A stretch of DNA of 32,000 bases from Candidatus Saccharimonadota bacterium. Lineage in GTDB: Bacteria > Pseudomonadota > Alphaproteobacteria > Rickettsiales > Anaplasmataceae. This document shows, piece after piece, positions 9,694-19,672 of the stretch; within the stretch, counting starts at the first letter, position 1, and every line of letters starts with the position of its first letter. A program made the translations under genes and the position numbers. The stretch spans positions 390,001 through 422,000 of the forward strand of contig NZ_CP046579.1 in the NCBI RefSeq assembly GCF_013365475.1. The letters run 5' to 3'. The notes under the pieces are model-generated. The model searched no databases. It was not told where the DNA came from and saw only the letters and a list, made by a program, of their open reading frames with translations.

Positions 9694-9702
9694 TGGTATA
9701 AT
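9694..9702 (+). promoter_or_regulatory. Candidate extended -10 promoter element for glpX
   Basis: TGgTATAAT is a perfect TGnTATAAT extended -10, 36 nt upstream of the glpX ATG. In such AT-rich DNA, -10-like hexamers are common, so support is low. Confidence 0.3.
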
Positions 9703-9737
9703 ATATATTTTGAATGCTTTTGATTCATAAATAAATT

Positions 9738-10664
9738 ATGAAGGACTTAGCTTACAAATTAGTTAAGGCAACCGAAACTGCAGCACTTGCTGCATATAAA
9801 TTAGCAGGGTCAGGTAATGAGAAAGAAGCTGATCAAGTTGCAGTTGATGCAATGCGGACAGTGCTGAATTCGATAGAAATAAGCGGTAAAATTATTGTTG
9901 GTGAGGGTGAGAGAGATAAAGCGCCGATGTTATATTCTGGTGAGGTGGTTGGTACAGGTAATGGTCCTGAGATTGACATTGCAGTTGATCCACTTGAGGG
10001 TACTACAATCTGTGCTCATCACAAACAAGGAGCAATGTCAGTTCTTGCTGCAACAGAAAAGGGTAATTTTTTACACACACCTGACGTTTATATGGAAAAA
10101 GTAGCAGTAGGGAAAAATCTGCCAGAAGGTGTAGTTTCATTAAGAAATAGTGTTGAAAAAAACTTAGTCAACCTAGCTAGAGCAAAAGGGTGTGAAATAA
10201 GTGATCTTGTAGTAACTGTACTTAAACGTGAAAGGCATAATGAATTAATAGCAAGAATTAGGAAATTAAAAGCAAAAGTTAAGCTAATAGATGATGGTGA
10301 TATTGCTGCTGTAGTTTCATTGGTGAACGGCGGACATGACATGTATATTGGAACAGGAGGGGCGCCAGAAGGGATATTAACAGCTGCAGCACTCAATTCA
10401 GTCGGAGGACAAATAGAGGGAAGGTTAGTATTTGATACAGATGAATTAAAAGAAAGAGCAAAAAGTTTGAATATTGATGATTTAGAAAAAATCTACACCA
10501 TAAGAGATATGGTAGGAGGTGAATCTGTATTTATTGCAACTGGAGTGACAAATGGAGAACTTATAGATGGAATTAAGTTTAGTTATGATACATGTTCAAT
10601 TAGTTCTTTGATAGTTGTACGTAATGCCTTTATAAGGCTAGAAACAATACAAAATTTATACTAA
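9738..10664 (+). CDS. glpX: Fructose-1,6-bisphosphatase class II
   Basis: 308 aa. Motifs are KATETAALAA, DAMR, GEGERDKAPML, VDPLEGTT and GTGGAPEG, all GlpX signatures. Confidence 0.93.
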   Translation: MKDLAYKLVKATETAALAAYKLAGSGNEKEADQVAVDAMRTVLNSIEISGKIIVGEGERDKAPMLYSGEVVGTGNGPEIDIAVDPLEGTTICAHHKQGAMSVLAATEKGNFLHTPDVYMEKVAVGKNLPEGVVSLRNSVEKNLVNLARAKGCEISDLVVTVLKRERHNELIARIRKLKAKVKLIDDGDIAAVVSLVNGGHDMYIGTGGAPEGILTAAALNSVGGQIEGRLVFDTDELKERAKSLNIDDLEKIYTIRDMVGGESVFIATGVTNGELIDGIKFSYDTCSISSLIVVRNAFIRLETIQNLY

Positions 10665-10991
10665 TAGTATTGCAATAGAACTTATAGTCTATAATTGATG
10701 TTCAGTGTATTACTTATTATCTGATGGTTAACAGTGATATAGCGTAGAAACCCACGAGTGACGAGGTGTTTCTCAAGAAGTAATAGTGCTAGAAAATTTT
10801 TAAATGAGTACAAATTTGATGATAGTTTTGAGGAGTAAAGTCTCGTTGAGATAATAAAATGTTTTCCCTCTAAAGTTATTGTGATGGTCAGGTAAGACGA
10901 TAATACGATTAGATAAGCATATAAGTAAGGAGGAAAGTGTATATTCACACAAGAATGCTGTTATTACCTATCTTCTTATAGCATTAGCATT

Positions 10992-12086
10992 TTACACATT
11001 GAACCTAAAGTACATTATATCTCCGTCTTGCACGATGTAGTCTCTACCTTCAAGTCGGGTTTTACCTGCGCTTTTGCAAGCTGATTTACTTCTATATTTT
11101 ATATAGTCTGCAAAGCTTATAGTTTCTGCTTTTATAAAACCTTTCTTAAAATCAGTGTGAATCACACCTGCTGCTCTATCAGCTGTTGATCCTGCCTTTA
11201 TTGGCCAAGCTCGTGCTTCTTTTGGTCCAACAGTAAAAAAAGTTATCATATCTAGAACCTCGTATATAATACGAACTATTTGATCAAGCCCTGGCTCTTG
11301 TAATCCAAGTTCTGATAAAAAACTCCGTTTTTCTTTTTCGTCTTTGAGATTTGCAATATCTACTTCAAGTTTTGCTGAAATACAATAGAATTTACTCTTG
11401 TTCTCTTTTGCTATTTTTTCTATCTTTCTAGATAGTTCATTGCCAGTTATGATATTTGTATCTTCAACGTTGCAGACGTATATAACAGGTTTTGTTGTAA
11501 GCAATTGAAGCAGTTTCATTTCAGCTTCATCCATATTCCTTAGGATTCTTGCAGGTTTACCGAGTTTTAAGGTTGATAAAACTTCCTCCATCAAATCAAG
11601 TTGTTTCTTTAGTTCTTTACCACCTTGTTTAGTTTCCTTCTTTAATTGAGATAATCTCCTCTCTATGCTATTAATGTCTGCTAAGATTAACTCCATCTCC
11701 ACTACTTCAGCATCTAATATTGGATCTACTCTGTTATATACGTGGTTAATATTGTCATCCATAAAACACCTAAGTAGGTGAACAATGACATCAACTTCTC
11801 TAATATAACTAAGAAATTTATTGCCAAGTCCTTCGCCTTTACTTGCTCCTCTGACTAAGCCTGCAATATCTATGACTTCTAACTGATTGTAGATTATCTT
11901 TTCTGAGCCAGCTATTGCTGCAATTTGATTTAAACGCTGATCTTTTATTGGGACTTTGCCGGCGTTAGGCCTAATGGTACAGAAAGGATAATTTGCAGCT
12001 TCCGCTACGCTCGATTGTGTGAGTGCATTAAATAAAGTAGATTTTCCTATATTCGGCAATCCTATTATACCACAGTTAAAGCTCAT
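10992..12086 (-). CDS. ychF: Redox-regulated ATPase YchF (Obg-family GTPase-like)
   Basis: 364 aa. It has the P-loop GIIGLPNIGKSTLFNALT, DIAGLVRGASKGEGLGNKFL, and the C-terminal TGS-domain region IHTDFKKGFIKAE..GRDYIVQDGDIMYFRFN. Confidence 0.95.
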   Translation of the reverse strand: MSFNCGIIGLPNIGKSTLFNALTQSSVAEAANYPFCTIRPNAGKVPIKDQRLNQIAAIAGSEKIIYNQLEVIDIAGLVRGASKGEGLGNKFLSYIREVDVIVHLLRCFMDDNINHVYNRVDPILDAEVVEMELILADINSIERRLSQLKKETKQGGKELKKQLDLMEEVLSTLKLGKPARILRNMDEAEMKLLQLLTTKPVIYVCNVEDTNIITGNELSRKIEKIAKENKSKFYCISAKLEVDIANLKDEKEKRSFLSELGLQEPGLDQIVRIIYEVLDMITFFTVGPKEARAWPIKAGSTADRAAGVIHTDFKKGFIKAETISFADYIKYRSKSACKSAGKTRLEGRDYIVQDGDIMYFRFNV

Positions 12087-12785
12087 ATTTGATCATATTC
12101 GTATAAAGCTATAATTTTATATGATTGGAAAGTTTTCACTATTGCTAATTATCTATTAACCCTATTAATACAGTAACCTATAGCTTATATTAAAAAACAA
12201 TATATAATTATAAGCTAATGAGAAAAATTATTAAGTGATTTTGTGATATAGGAAGACAGAAACACTGAGGATCTTGGTAAGGCATAAATACTTATCTAGT
12301 GTAGTTTCCCGTAGAGAAGAAGTAATTTTGATAAAAATTGCTTTATGAACTACTAAATTTATACCTAGAAATAGAGGATGTTATGAGATCTCATAAGATG
12401 AGAGAGGCGATATAAATACAATTGCAAATTACTTTTCTTAGTTAATAGTTAAACTTGAAAATCTCAGAATTACATAAGATCAATGTATTATAATGATAGT
12501 CACTTCTTTATATAAGAAACAAAGGTAGTGCTTGTTTAGGACTATCGATTAGCAAATAACAAAAAAAGACTTCTTATTAGTAAGTAAAACTCCAGTTAGT
12601 TGTTGTCTTAGAGTATTATAAGTTTTATATAGTATTGAGTAAGGAGTAGTTAAAAAGATATTTTGGGATTTTGGAAGATGCTAATAAATGAATCATGTTA
12701 TAAAATGAAGGTGAAACAGTGTATAAAATGCTCTATAATCTAGTGTATTTTGTAGTGTAAGCTGCAGTATCGTTTACTAACATAA

Positions 12786-14063
12786 ATGCAAGTTGACTAT
12801 GAAACTAGCATAATCATTAATGCTATAGAAGAGTTTGGTGGTGAAGTAAGGCTTGTTGGCGGGTGTGTAAGAGATTCCATTCTGCAGCGTGACGTGCATG
12901 ATATTGACTTAGCTACTAATTTATTTCCTGATCAAGTAATTGAAGCACTAAAGTTGCATAATATAAAAGCTATTTTAACTGGTCTGAAACATGGAACTAT
13001 CACTGCAATCTTAAATAAAAGATCCTTTGAAATCACAACATTAAGGCATGACATTGAATGTGACGGTAGGTATGCAAAAGTAAAATTTACTAATAGTTGG
13101 GAAATTGATGCTTCAAGGCGTGACTTTACATTTAATGCTCTATATGCAGATAAGAGAGGTCGTATATACGACTACTTTGGTGGAGTTGAGGACTTAAAAG
13201 CACAGAGGTTAAATTTTATAGGAAACGCTGAGTGTAGGATTAAGGAAGATTACCTGCGTATTTTGAGAGCGTTTCGTTTTCATGCTAAGATATGTGTTGG
13301 AGATTTGAGTAATGAAATACTGGATATATGCAAAAAGCATTCACATATGATTCAAAACCTTTCTGGGGAAAGAATAAGAGAGGAGATATTTAAGTTACTG
13401 GAGTGTAATGATCCTGCTCCTACTCTTAAGAGTATGCAGGAGTCTGATATTTTACAAAAAATTATTCCGAAGGAAGTGAGATGTGAAATTCTGTCTTCGC
13501 CATTCCTTACTAAGACTCAATCTTTTATAAAACAACCTGTTATTTTAGCACGTGGTGCTATAATTCATGCATCTCTCTTAGATCAAAATGTCAGCTACTT
13601 GGATGATACTCAACAAGTTGATGCACTAACAAAGTTAGCATTGCTTCTTAGGACTACTGGGAGGGATGATAAGGTGAATCTTGGAGAATACGTGAGCAAA
13701 TTTTTACGCCTTTCGAACAAGCAAAAAAAAAAGCTGTTATTTTTATTAACTAACAATATTAAAATAGAACTCTCGGAAAGAAAACAAGAGAAATACATAT
13801 CTCTTTTTGGTAAAGAATTATACTGTGATTTAGTAAAAATTCACGGCATTGAGTATGGGAAGAATGTTGATAAATACATTAAATATGCTAAGGTATTTGA
13901 TATTCCAAGATTTCCTTTATCTGGTAATGATTTGATAAACATAGGTCAGAAGCCAGGAAAAGATTTAGGCAAAAACTTGGATTTGTTAAGGCAATATTGG
14001 GAAAGCAGCTCTTATACTTTAACAAAAGAGGAGTTATTATTTTATGCTAGGAGTTTGCTCTAA
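12786..14063 (+). CDS. cca: CCA-adding tRNA nucleotidyltransferase / poly(A) polymerase family protein
   Basis: 425 aa. The class II nucleotidyltransferase head has motifs LVGGCVRDSIL, DIDLAT, RRDFTFNALY and EDYLRILRAFRF. Assignment as CCA-adding rather than poly(A) polymerase is inferred and not certain. Confidence 0.8.
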   Translation: MQVDYETSIIINAIEEFGGEVRLVGGCVRDSILQRDVHDIDLATNLFPDQVIEALKLHNIKAILTGLKHGTITAILNKRSFEITTLRHDIECDGRYAKVKFTNSWEIDASRRDFTFNALYADKRGRIYDYFGGVEDLKAQRLNFIGNAECRIKEDYLRILRAFRFHAKICVGDLSNEILDICKKHSHMIQNLSGERIREEIFKLLECNDPAPTLKSMQESDILQKIIPKEVRCEILSSPFLTKTQSFIKQPVILARGAIIHASLLDQNVSYLDDTQQVDALTKLALLLRTTGRDDKVNLGEYVSKFLRLSNKQKKKLLFLLTNNIKIELSERKQEKYISLFGKELYCDLVKIHGIEYGKNVDKYIKYAKVFDIPRFPLSGNDLINIGQKPGKDLGKNLDLLRQYWESSSYTLTKEELLFYARSLL

Positions 14064-14116
14064 CTATTTTCTAAATTTTAATAAATTAATATTTATAGTG
14101 CTACTAGCATGACCAG

Positions 14117-14162
14117 CAAGAGAGCTATGTTTTTACACATGTTTAGCAGCTCTTTGTTTTTT
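14117..14162 (+). terminator. Possible intrinsic terminator downstream of cca-family gene
   Basis: CAAGAGAGCT (14117-14126) pairs imperfectly with AGCTCTTTG (14148-14156). An inner ATGT/ACAT hairpin lies between them, and a T6 run follows at 14157-14162. It starts 54 nt after the stop codon. Confidence 0.35.
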
Positions 14163-14792
14163 CTGGGGCTCTTCTCCAATCTCTCCTTCAATTTTTCTAT
14201 CTTATATTAAGAAAATTCGTTTTCATTACCTACTGCTTTAATGCTAGAAAAGTTTTTATCAATGGATCTACTACTTTTTATTCTTGAAATAGATTCTTTC
14301 TTAGTTTGCTATTTCGCATCTCATGCTAATAACTCAAGTTTTTGAGCGAATTTAAGCCAGATTGAATACTTTTACTCACTGTTCTAATGTTGTATCTTAT
14401 CTGAGTAAAGTTCTTTCATACAGCAAAGTGTACATATTTGTAATGTATTAGTTAACTTTTTGATCTTTTGTTGATGCCTTTATTCATTGTCTTGACTTTT
14501 GTATTAGATACCTAAAAAGATAAGTGTGTGCATTTATCACAGGTCAACATCATTTCTACTAATAACTAGTGGTAAGGAGCTTTGTTTGAAGTGTGTGTTG
14601 CAACACTAACCTCACTATAGTTACATAAGAAAGAAGCGATCATTTTTTATAGTTTATAGCAATAAAGTTTGCTGGCAGTTGAACTTATTTATGTTTGTTC
14701 TTTTATTATTTTACAAAGATCACATTAGAGTAACAGTGGGAATGACTTTAAGCTATACTGTCCTTACAGTATGTTAGGTAATATTAAGTATA

Positions 14793-15791
14793 ATGATAAA
14801 TGAAAAAGCTATCAAAGAGAGTTTAAGAAAAGTTACAGAACAAAAAGGTGCTGGCATAGTATCCTCAATTCTCATCAATGGTAAGGATGTCAGTTTTGTA
14901 CTTGAAGTTTCTGGTAACACACAGGCGAATGAAGAGTTGAGAAAAGATTGTGAACATGCTATCAAATCTATACCAGGAATAGGAAAGGTGACTGTAGTTG
15001 CTACAAATCAAAAACAAGCTACAGAACAGAGAGCGAAACTGTGCATTGATGGAGTAAAGAATATAATCGTTGTAGCTTCTGGCAAGGGAGGAGTAGGCAA
15101 GTCGACAGTTGCACTGACTCTTGCTCTTTCGTTAATGAAATTAAAACACAGAGTCGCCCTAGCTGATACAGATATATATGGCCCTTCAATTCCCAGAATG
15201 CTTGGTGCTGAAAGATCAAAGCCAAAAATCCAAGGTGGCAAAGCGGTACCTATAGAAAAGTATGGGTTATATACTATTTCAATTGGATATTTTCTTGATA
15301 AAGCTCGTGCAGTAATATGGCGTGGTCCTATGATTACAAAAATGCTTTATAATTTACTTATGGGAACAAAATGGACAGATATAGAATATCTGATAATTGA
15401 TACGCCACCTGGAACTGGTGATGTACACCTAAGCCTAATGGAGAATTTTGACTTAACTGGAGCGATAATAGTTTCAACTCCGCAGGAACTAGCTTTGATT
15501 GATGCTCGCAAAATTTATGATATGTTTACAAAACTTAGTGTACCAATTATTGGTATTGTAGAAAATATGAGTTATTTTATTCAAGGTAACTTAAAAATAT
15601 ACATCTTTGGAAAAGATGGTGCAAAAAAGGTATCTGAGGAGTTAGGAATTAAATTCTTGGGAAAAATTCCATTAGACCCACAGGTATGTAGTGCTTGTGA
15701 TTGCGGAAATCCTATGGTGCTGAATAATAGTTTGATAGAAATTTATGAAGGCATTATTAAAGGTATAGAGTCTTTTATATATAGCTTATAA
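14793..15791 (+). CDS. mrp: Mrp/ApbC/NBP35-family Fe-S cluster carrier ATPase (atypical Cys motif)
   Basis: 332 aa. It has an N-terminal DUF59/MIP18-like region, the deviant Walker A VASGKGGVGKST, IDTPPGTGD and GIVENMS. See the finding on the missing CxxC. Confidence 0.9.
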   Translation: MINEKAIKESLRKVTEQKGAGIVSSILINGKDVSFVLEVSGNTQANEELRKDCEHAIKSIPGIGKVTVVATNQKQATEQRAKLCIDGVKNIIVVASGKGGVGKSTVALTLALSLMKLKHRVALADTDIYGPSIPRMLGAERSKPKIQGGKAVPIEKYGLYTISIGYFLDKARAVIWRGPMITKMLYNLLMGTKWTDIEYLIIDTPPGTGDVHLSLMENFDLTGAIIVSTPQELALIDARKIYDMFTKLSVPIIGIVENMSYFIQGNLKIYIFGKDGAKKVSEELGIKFLGKIPLDPQVCSACDCGNPMVLNNSLIEIYEGIIKGIESFIYSL

Positions 15792-15840
15792 AAGTTATTT
15801 AAGTTTTTTTAATAGATAGATGTAGTTTTGTGGTTAGTAA

Positions 15841-16998
15841 ATGAATTATGATGTAATCATTTCAGGTGGAGGTTTAATTGGTTTTATTACTGCTATTGGT
15901 CTTAGCAATAACTCCGTATCTGTAGCTGTGATTGAAAAAAGTAATCTAAAATATGTAGTTAATGATAATAGGGCATTAGCTATTTCTCAGGGCTCGAGAA
16001 GAATATTAGAAAAATTAGGTATTTGGCAGCTCATAGAGAGCGAAGCTGAACCAATACTTGATATATGCATACTAGATGAAAATAGTTCGGCTACTGTGCA
16101 TTACGATCATAAAATGATTAGTGAAGAACCAATGGGATATGTTGTCAGCAATGCTGCTATATGGAATGTGATCAACAATAATTTTTTAGAAAAACTAAAT
16201 ATATATTCTCCACTTTCCTATAAGGCAGTTACTTGTGATGAAGGGTATGTAGAAGTTACCTTGGATAATGATCGAAAATTAATATCGTCGTTGCTTATTT
16301 GTGCTGAAGGTAAAAACTCTAAATTATTGAGGTTATTTTCTATTCCTGTAATTAAATTTAGCTATAGGCAAAGTAGCATAGTATTTAATGCAAGGCATGA
16401 ATTGCATCACCAAAATTTAGCTGTAGAGCGGTTTTTCCCTGGTGGACCATTTGCAATTCTACCGATGAAAGGTGGACATACCTCTTCAATAATTTGGACA
16501 GAAAAATTTGAAACTTCTAAAATGTTAATGAATCTAACTGAGGAAGAATTTACAGCAGAGCTCAAGGAGAGGGTTGGCTCTTATTTAGGAGAAATTAAAC
16601 TGAGTAGTGGAAGGAAATCTTATTCCTTAAGTTTTTCTTTTGCAAAAAGTCTATATAAAAGCAGAGTTTTACTTATCGGTGATGCAGCACATTCTATTCA
16701 TCCTGTTGCAGGTCAAGGTCTTAATCTTGGAATTATGGATGTAGAGAGTGTTGTAAGGCAAATAACTGCTGCAAAAGAATATGGTATTGACATTGGCAGT
16801 AGCTATTTGCTGAAAAAAATTTCACGTGATAGGTACTGCGACAATTTTGCTATGTCACTTATTACTGATGGAATAAATAGGATATTTTCAAACAGAATAT
16901 TTTGTGTTAAGGTATTGAGGAATCTTAGCTTAATGGTAGTCGAAAACTCAAATTTTCTAAAGAAATACTTTATTCATTATGCTATGGGGTTTAGGTAA
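15841..16998 (+). CDS. UbiH/UbiF/Coq6-family FAD-dependent ubiquinone biosynthesis hydroxylase
   Basis: 385 aa. It has the N-terminal dinucleotide fold YDVIISGGGLIG and the signature LIGDAAHSIHPVAGQGLNLG. It lies 49 bp downstream of mrp on the same strand. Confidence 0.85.
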   Translation: MNYDVIISGGGLIGFITAIGLSNNSVSVAVIEKSNLKYVVNDNRALAISQGSRRILEKLGIWQLIESEAEPILDICILDENSSATVHYDHKMISEEPMGYVVSNAAIWNVINNNFLEKLNIYSPLSYKAVTCDEGYVEVTLDNDRKLISSLLICAEGKNSKLLRLFSIPVIKFSYRQSSIVFNARHELHHQNLAVERFFPGGPFAILPMKGGHTSSIIWTEKFETSKMLMNLTEEEFTAELKERVGSYLGEIKLSSGRKSYSLSFSFAKSLYKSRVLLIGDAAHSIHPVAGQGLNLGIMDVESVVRQITAAKEYGIDIGSSYLLKKISRDRYCDNFAMSLITDGINRIFSNRIFCVKVLRNLSLMVVENSNFLKKYFIHYAMGFR

Positions 16999-17164
16999 GT
17001 TTATAGCGAAAGTTTTAAGATATTATCTTAGTGACTTCTTTTTCTTCACTTCTTTTTGGCTAGACCAACCTCCTGATTAGATATTTTTCCAGTAGAAATA
17101 AACTAATGTACTAACTATGGAAAATTTATTATAATAAGGCTTCTATAAATCAGCAAATCATTAA

Positions 17165-18361
17165 GTGGCAATACAAAATATCATTTCTCTTATCATGATA
17201 CTATCTGTAGCAATTGCTGATATGGCAACTGATCTGTATTCAGTTGCACTTCCTAGTATTGCTAATCATTTTAAGGTAGATGGCAGTGTAGTGCAACTTA
17301 CAATTAGCTTGAATTTAGTTGGATTTGCAGTATCTGGATTAGTTTACGGACCACTATCTGACTACTATGGCAGGCGTCCAATCATGCTGATTGGTATGGC
17401 AGTTTTTGCTTTGGCAAGTGTTATGTGTTGTATGGCTAATAATATTATCCTCTTAATACTGGTTCGCTTTATACAAGGAATAGGAGCTGGTGTTGCGGGT
17501 GTTGTTGGATATGCAGCGATAAGGGATATGTATTCAGGTAGTGAGTATTCGAGAGTAATTTCAAAGTTAAATATGGTAGTAGCACTTTCACCTGGGATAG
17601 CACCAGTAGTAGGTAGTTATATAATTTCACACGGTTATAGCTGGAAATTTTTGTTTTTTATTATGTCACTAGCAGCAGTTGTTATGTTTATTTTCATCTA
17701 CCTTAAGTTGCAAGAAACACTTTCTGTAAATAGAAGTGGAACTAGTGTGGCTAATTTAATTAGCAATATTCTCAAGCAATATATATTAATATTCAGAAAT
17801 TATCGTTTTCTTGGATTTTCAACTATTCATGGATTGACTTTTATGTGGCTTTGGGCATATGTTGCTAATTATCCTTTCATATTTGAAGCTATGGGTGTTG
17901 AAGTCCAGTATTTCGGTTATTTTATATCAATCATAGTTATATTTTTCATGATTGGGACTTTGATTAATAGAAAGTGTGTACCGAAAATGGGTGTTAGCAG
18001 AATGCTGATAGTAGGGCTAGCATTACCAATAATACCTGAGAGTCTACTAGCATATTTTTATTCTATAAATAAGTTAAGTATATTTATACTTCAAATTATT
18101 TGGATCCCAAGCAATATGGGTCTTGCACTTGTGATAAGCAATAACGTGACTTTTGCATTAGAAACAATTAAAGGTATAGGACTTGGTAGTGGAGTCCTTT
18201 CATTCTGTAATATGATGTTTGGAGCTGTAGGAATATATGTAATAGGGCAGTTTTTTTCTTATGGAGTTTTGTCAAATGCACTATTAACCGTTGTATGTTC
18301 TATAATTGCAGTTCTTATATACTACTTACTTGAATGTACTAAAAAGTGTCATAAACTCTGA
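17165..18361 (+). CDS. MFS transporter, Bcr/CflA-like drug resistance subfamily
   Basis: 398 aa with a GTG start and about 12 hydrophobic segments. MFS motif A is GPLSDYYGRRPIM. The N-terminus AIADMATDLYSVALPSIANHF is typical of Bcr/CflA-type transporters. Confidence 0.85.
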   Translation: MAIQNIISLIMILSVAIADMATDLYSVALPSIANHFKVDGSVVQLTISLNLVGFAVSGLVYGPLSDYYGRRPIMLIGMAVFALASVMCCMANNIILLILVRFIQGIGAGVAGVVGYAAIRDMYSGSEYSRVISKLNMVVALSPGIAPVVGSYIISHGYSWKFLFFIMSLAAVVMFIFIYLKLQETLSVNRSGTSVANLISNILKQYILIFRNYRFLGFSTIHGLTFMWLWAYVANYPFIFEAMGVEVQYFGYFISIIVIFFMIGTLINRKCVPKMGVSRMLIVGLALPIIPESLLAYFYSINKLSIFILQIIWIPSNMGLALVISNNVTFALETIKGIGLGSGVLSFCNMMFGAVGIYVIGQFFSYGVLSNALLTVVCSIIAVLIYYLLECTKKCHKL

Positions 18362-18732
18362 TGCTGAAAAGATGTTAAAAAGTATAATCAATACATGAAT
18401 ATCAAGGATTAAGGCCAAGATATCAATAATAGAGAATGTATGCTGAAAGCAGATAATGATAAAAAGTAAGAAGGATAAAAATAAGGACTAACATTGGTAA
18501 GACTTCTAAAAAATAATTTACTGAAGTTATTTTTATCAATTCAGATGTAACTGAATACTGACAGTGTCAATGTTTGTTTTTTGCTATTTATGATGATGGA
18601 GATTCTTATGAAAGAGTTAATTGCGTAAAAAACAAGGGAATAAACCTTGTATTCTATATGGTATTGCTAATTCCTGAGCTACAGCACTAAGTATGCATGA
18701 GATAAAAAGCTAGTGTTAAATGATATAGATTA

Positions 18733-18952
18733 GCTAAGGTAGTTAACTTTGTTTGATGTCTATTTATGACATTTTCTAGGAAAATAAAGGAAAAATTTTG
18801 AGTATTTTTGGTGATAAGAGAGTTTATTCAATAAAATATACTATGCTATACTAAAGTCAAAGAAGGGTTGAATGCTAGGTTGTTATCTTTTATTTTTTGG
18901 ACTTAGTATCTAAATTTATGACACTTTACAATAAAAATTTTGCTTATTTTCG
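18733..18952. repeat. Diverged direct repeat, two copies of about 80 bp (18733-18810 and 18874-18952)
   Basis: By-eye alignment gives GCTAaGGTaGTTAaCTTT...TCTA-TTTATGACAtTTT...ATAAA...AATTTTGagTATTTT against GCTA-GGTtGTTAtCTTT...TCTAAATTTATGACAcTTT...ATAAA..AATTTTGctTATTTT. AT-rich low complexity inflates apparent similarity. Confidence 0.3.
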
Positions 18953-19672
18953 CATAGCTTCTATTACTACATGTGTTTCATGGGAGTGTAAATACGTACT
19001 GTATTTACAGCTTAAACTATAATTCGTTGATATATTATTTTTGATTGTTTATACAGATATAGTTTTGTATTATCAGAATCTGTTACATAATTCTATTTCA
19101 GAGAAGATGGTAATCAAGAAAATTTGACTTTTTTTTTATTAATTTCTCTCAGCAAAATTTTGCTGTACAGTCATTTCTACCAGGAGGAATATTTCCTTGT
19201 TCTTTATGCTTCAGCTTTCTCTAATGGATCCTTGACAGTCTTAGGTACTTCCATATTAATCACATAATGTTTTTCCTTATCTTTCTAGAGGTGATCATTT
19301 TGCATTAAGGGTCATTAGTCAAGTTAAAGTACTTGTAATGCAAAGATAACTTAGTTGTTTTCTATATAAACTTAATGTCTTGCTTAGCCAAGTACCTTAA
19401 TGTTCGAAATGTTTCTATTTATAGGATTTAATTTAATAAACATTGTTAATGTTAATAATTTGCTTTTTTACAACTAGGAACTGACCTCTCTGGGGTATTC
19501 TATTTAACTGATTTGATATTAATGTTTATCGTTTTGCCTGTACAAATCGAGGAGTGAGCCTAATTACTTAGGAGGGTTTCGAGCAAACTACTAAAATTCT
19601 ATATGATAGATATATTTACTTCTTGTCATTTGTAGTGTGCTAAATTAATATTTATCTGTTGATCCAAAATAT

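Noticed and set aside
12381-12396. Perfect 16-bp palindromes TTATGAGATCTCATAA (12381-12396) and CAGCAAAATTTTGCTG (19150-19165). Also hairpins TTGACTTT-gaa-AAAGTCAA (5955-5973), TGTAAATAC-gtact-GTATTTACA (18987-19009), GTGTTGCAACAC (14595-14606) and inverted repeat TAGCTTATA/TATAAGCTA (12181-12217)
   Set aside because: My rough estimate for this base composition is that one to a few 8-9-bp-arm palindromes are expected by chance in 32 kb. None is followed by a T-run or placed at a convincing operator or terminator distance. They are candidate protein-binding sites at best.
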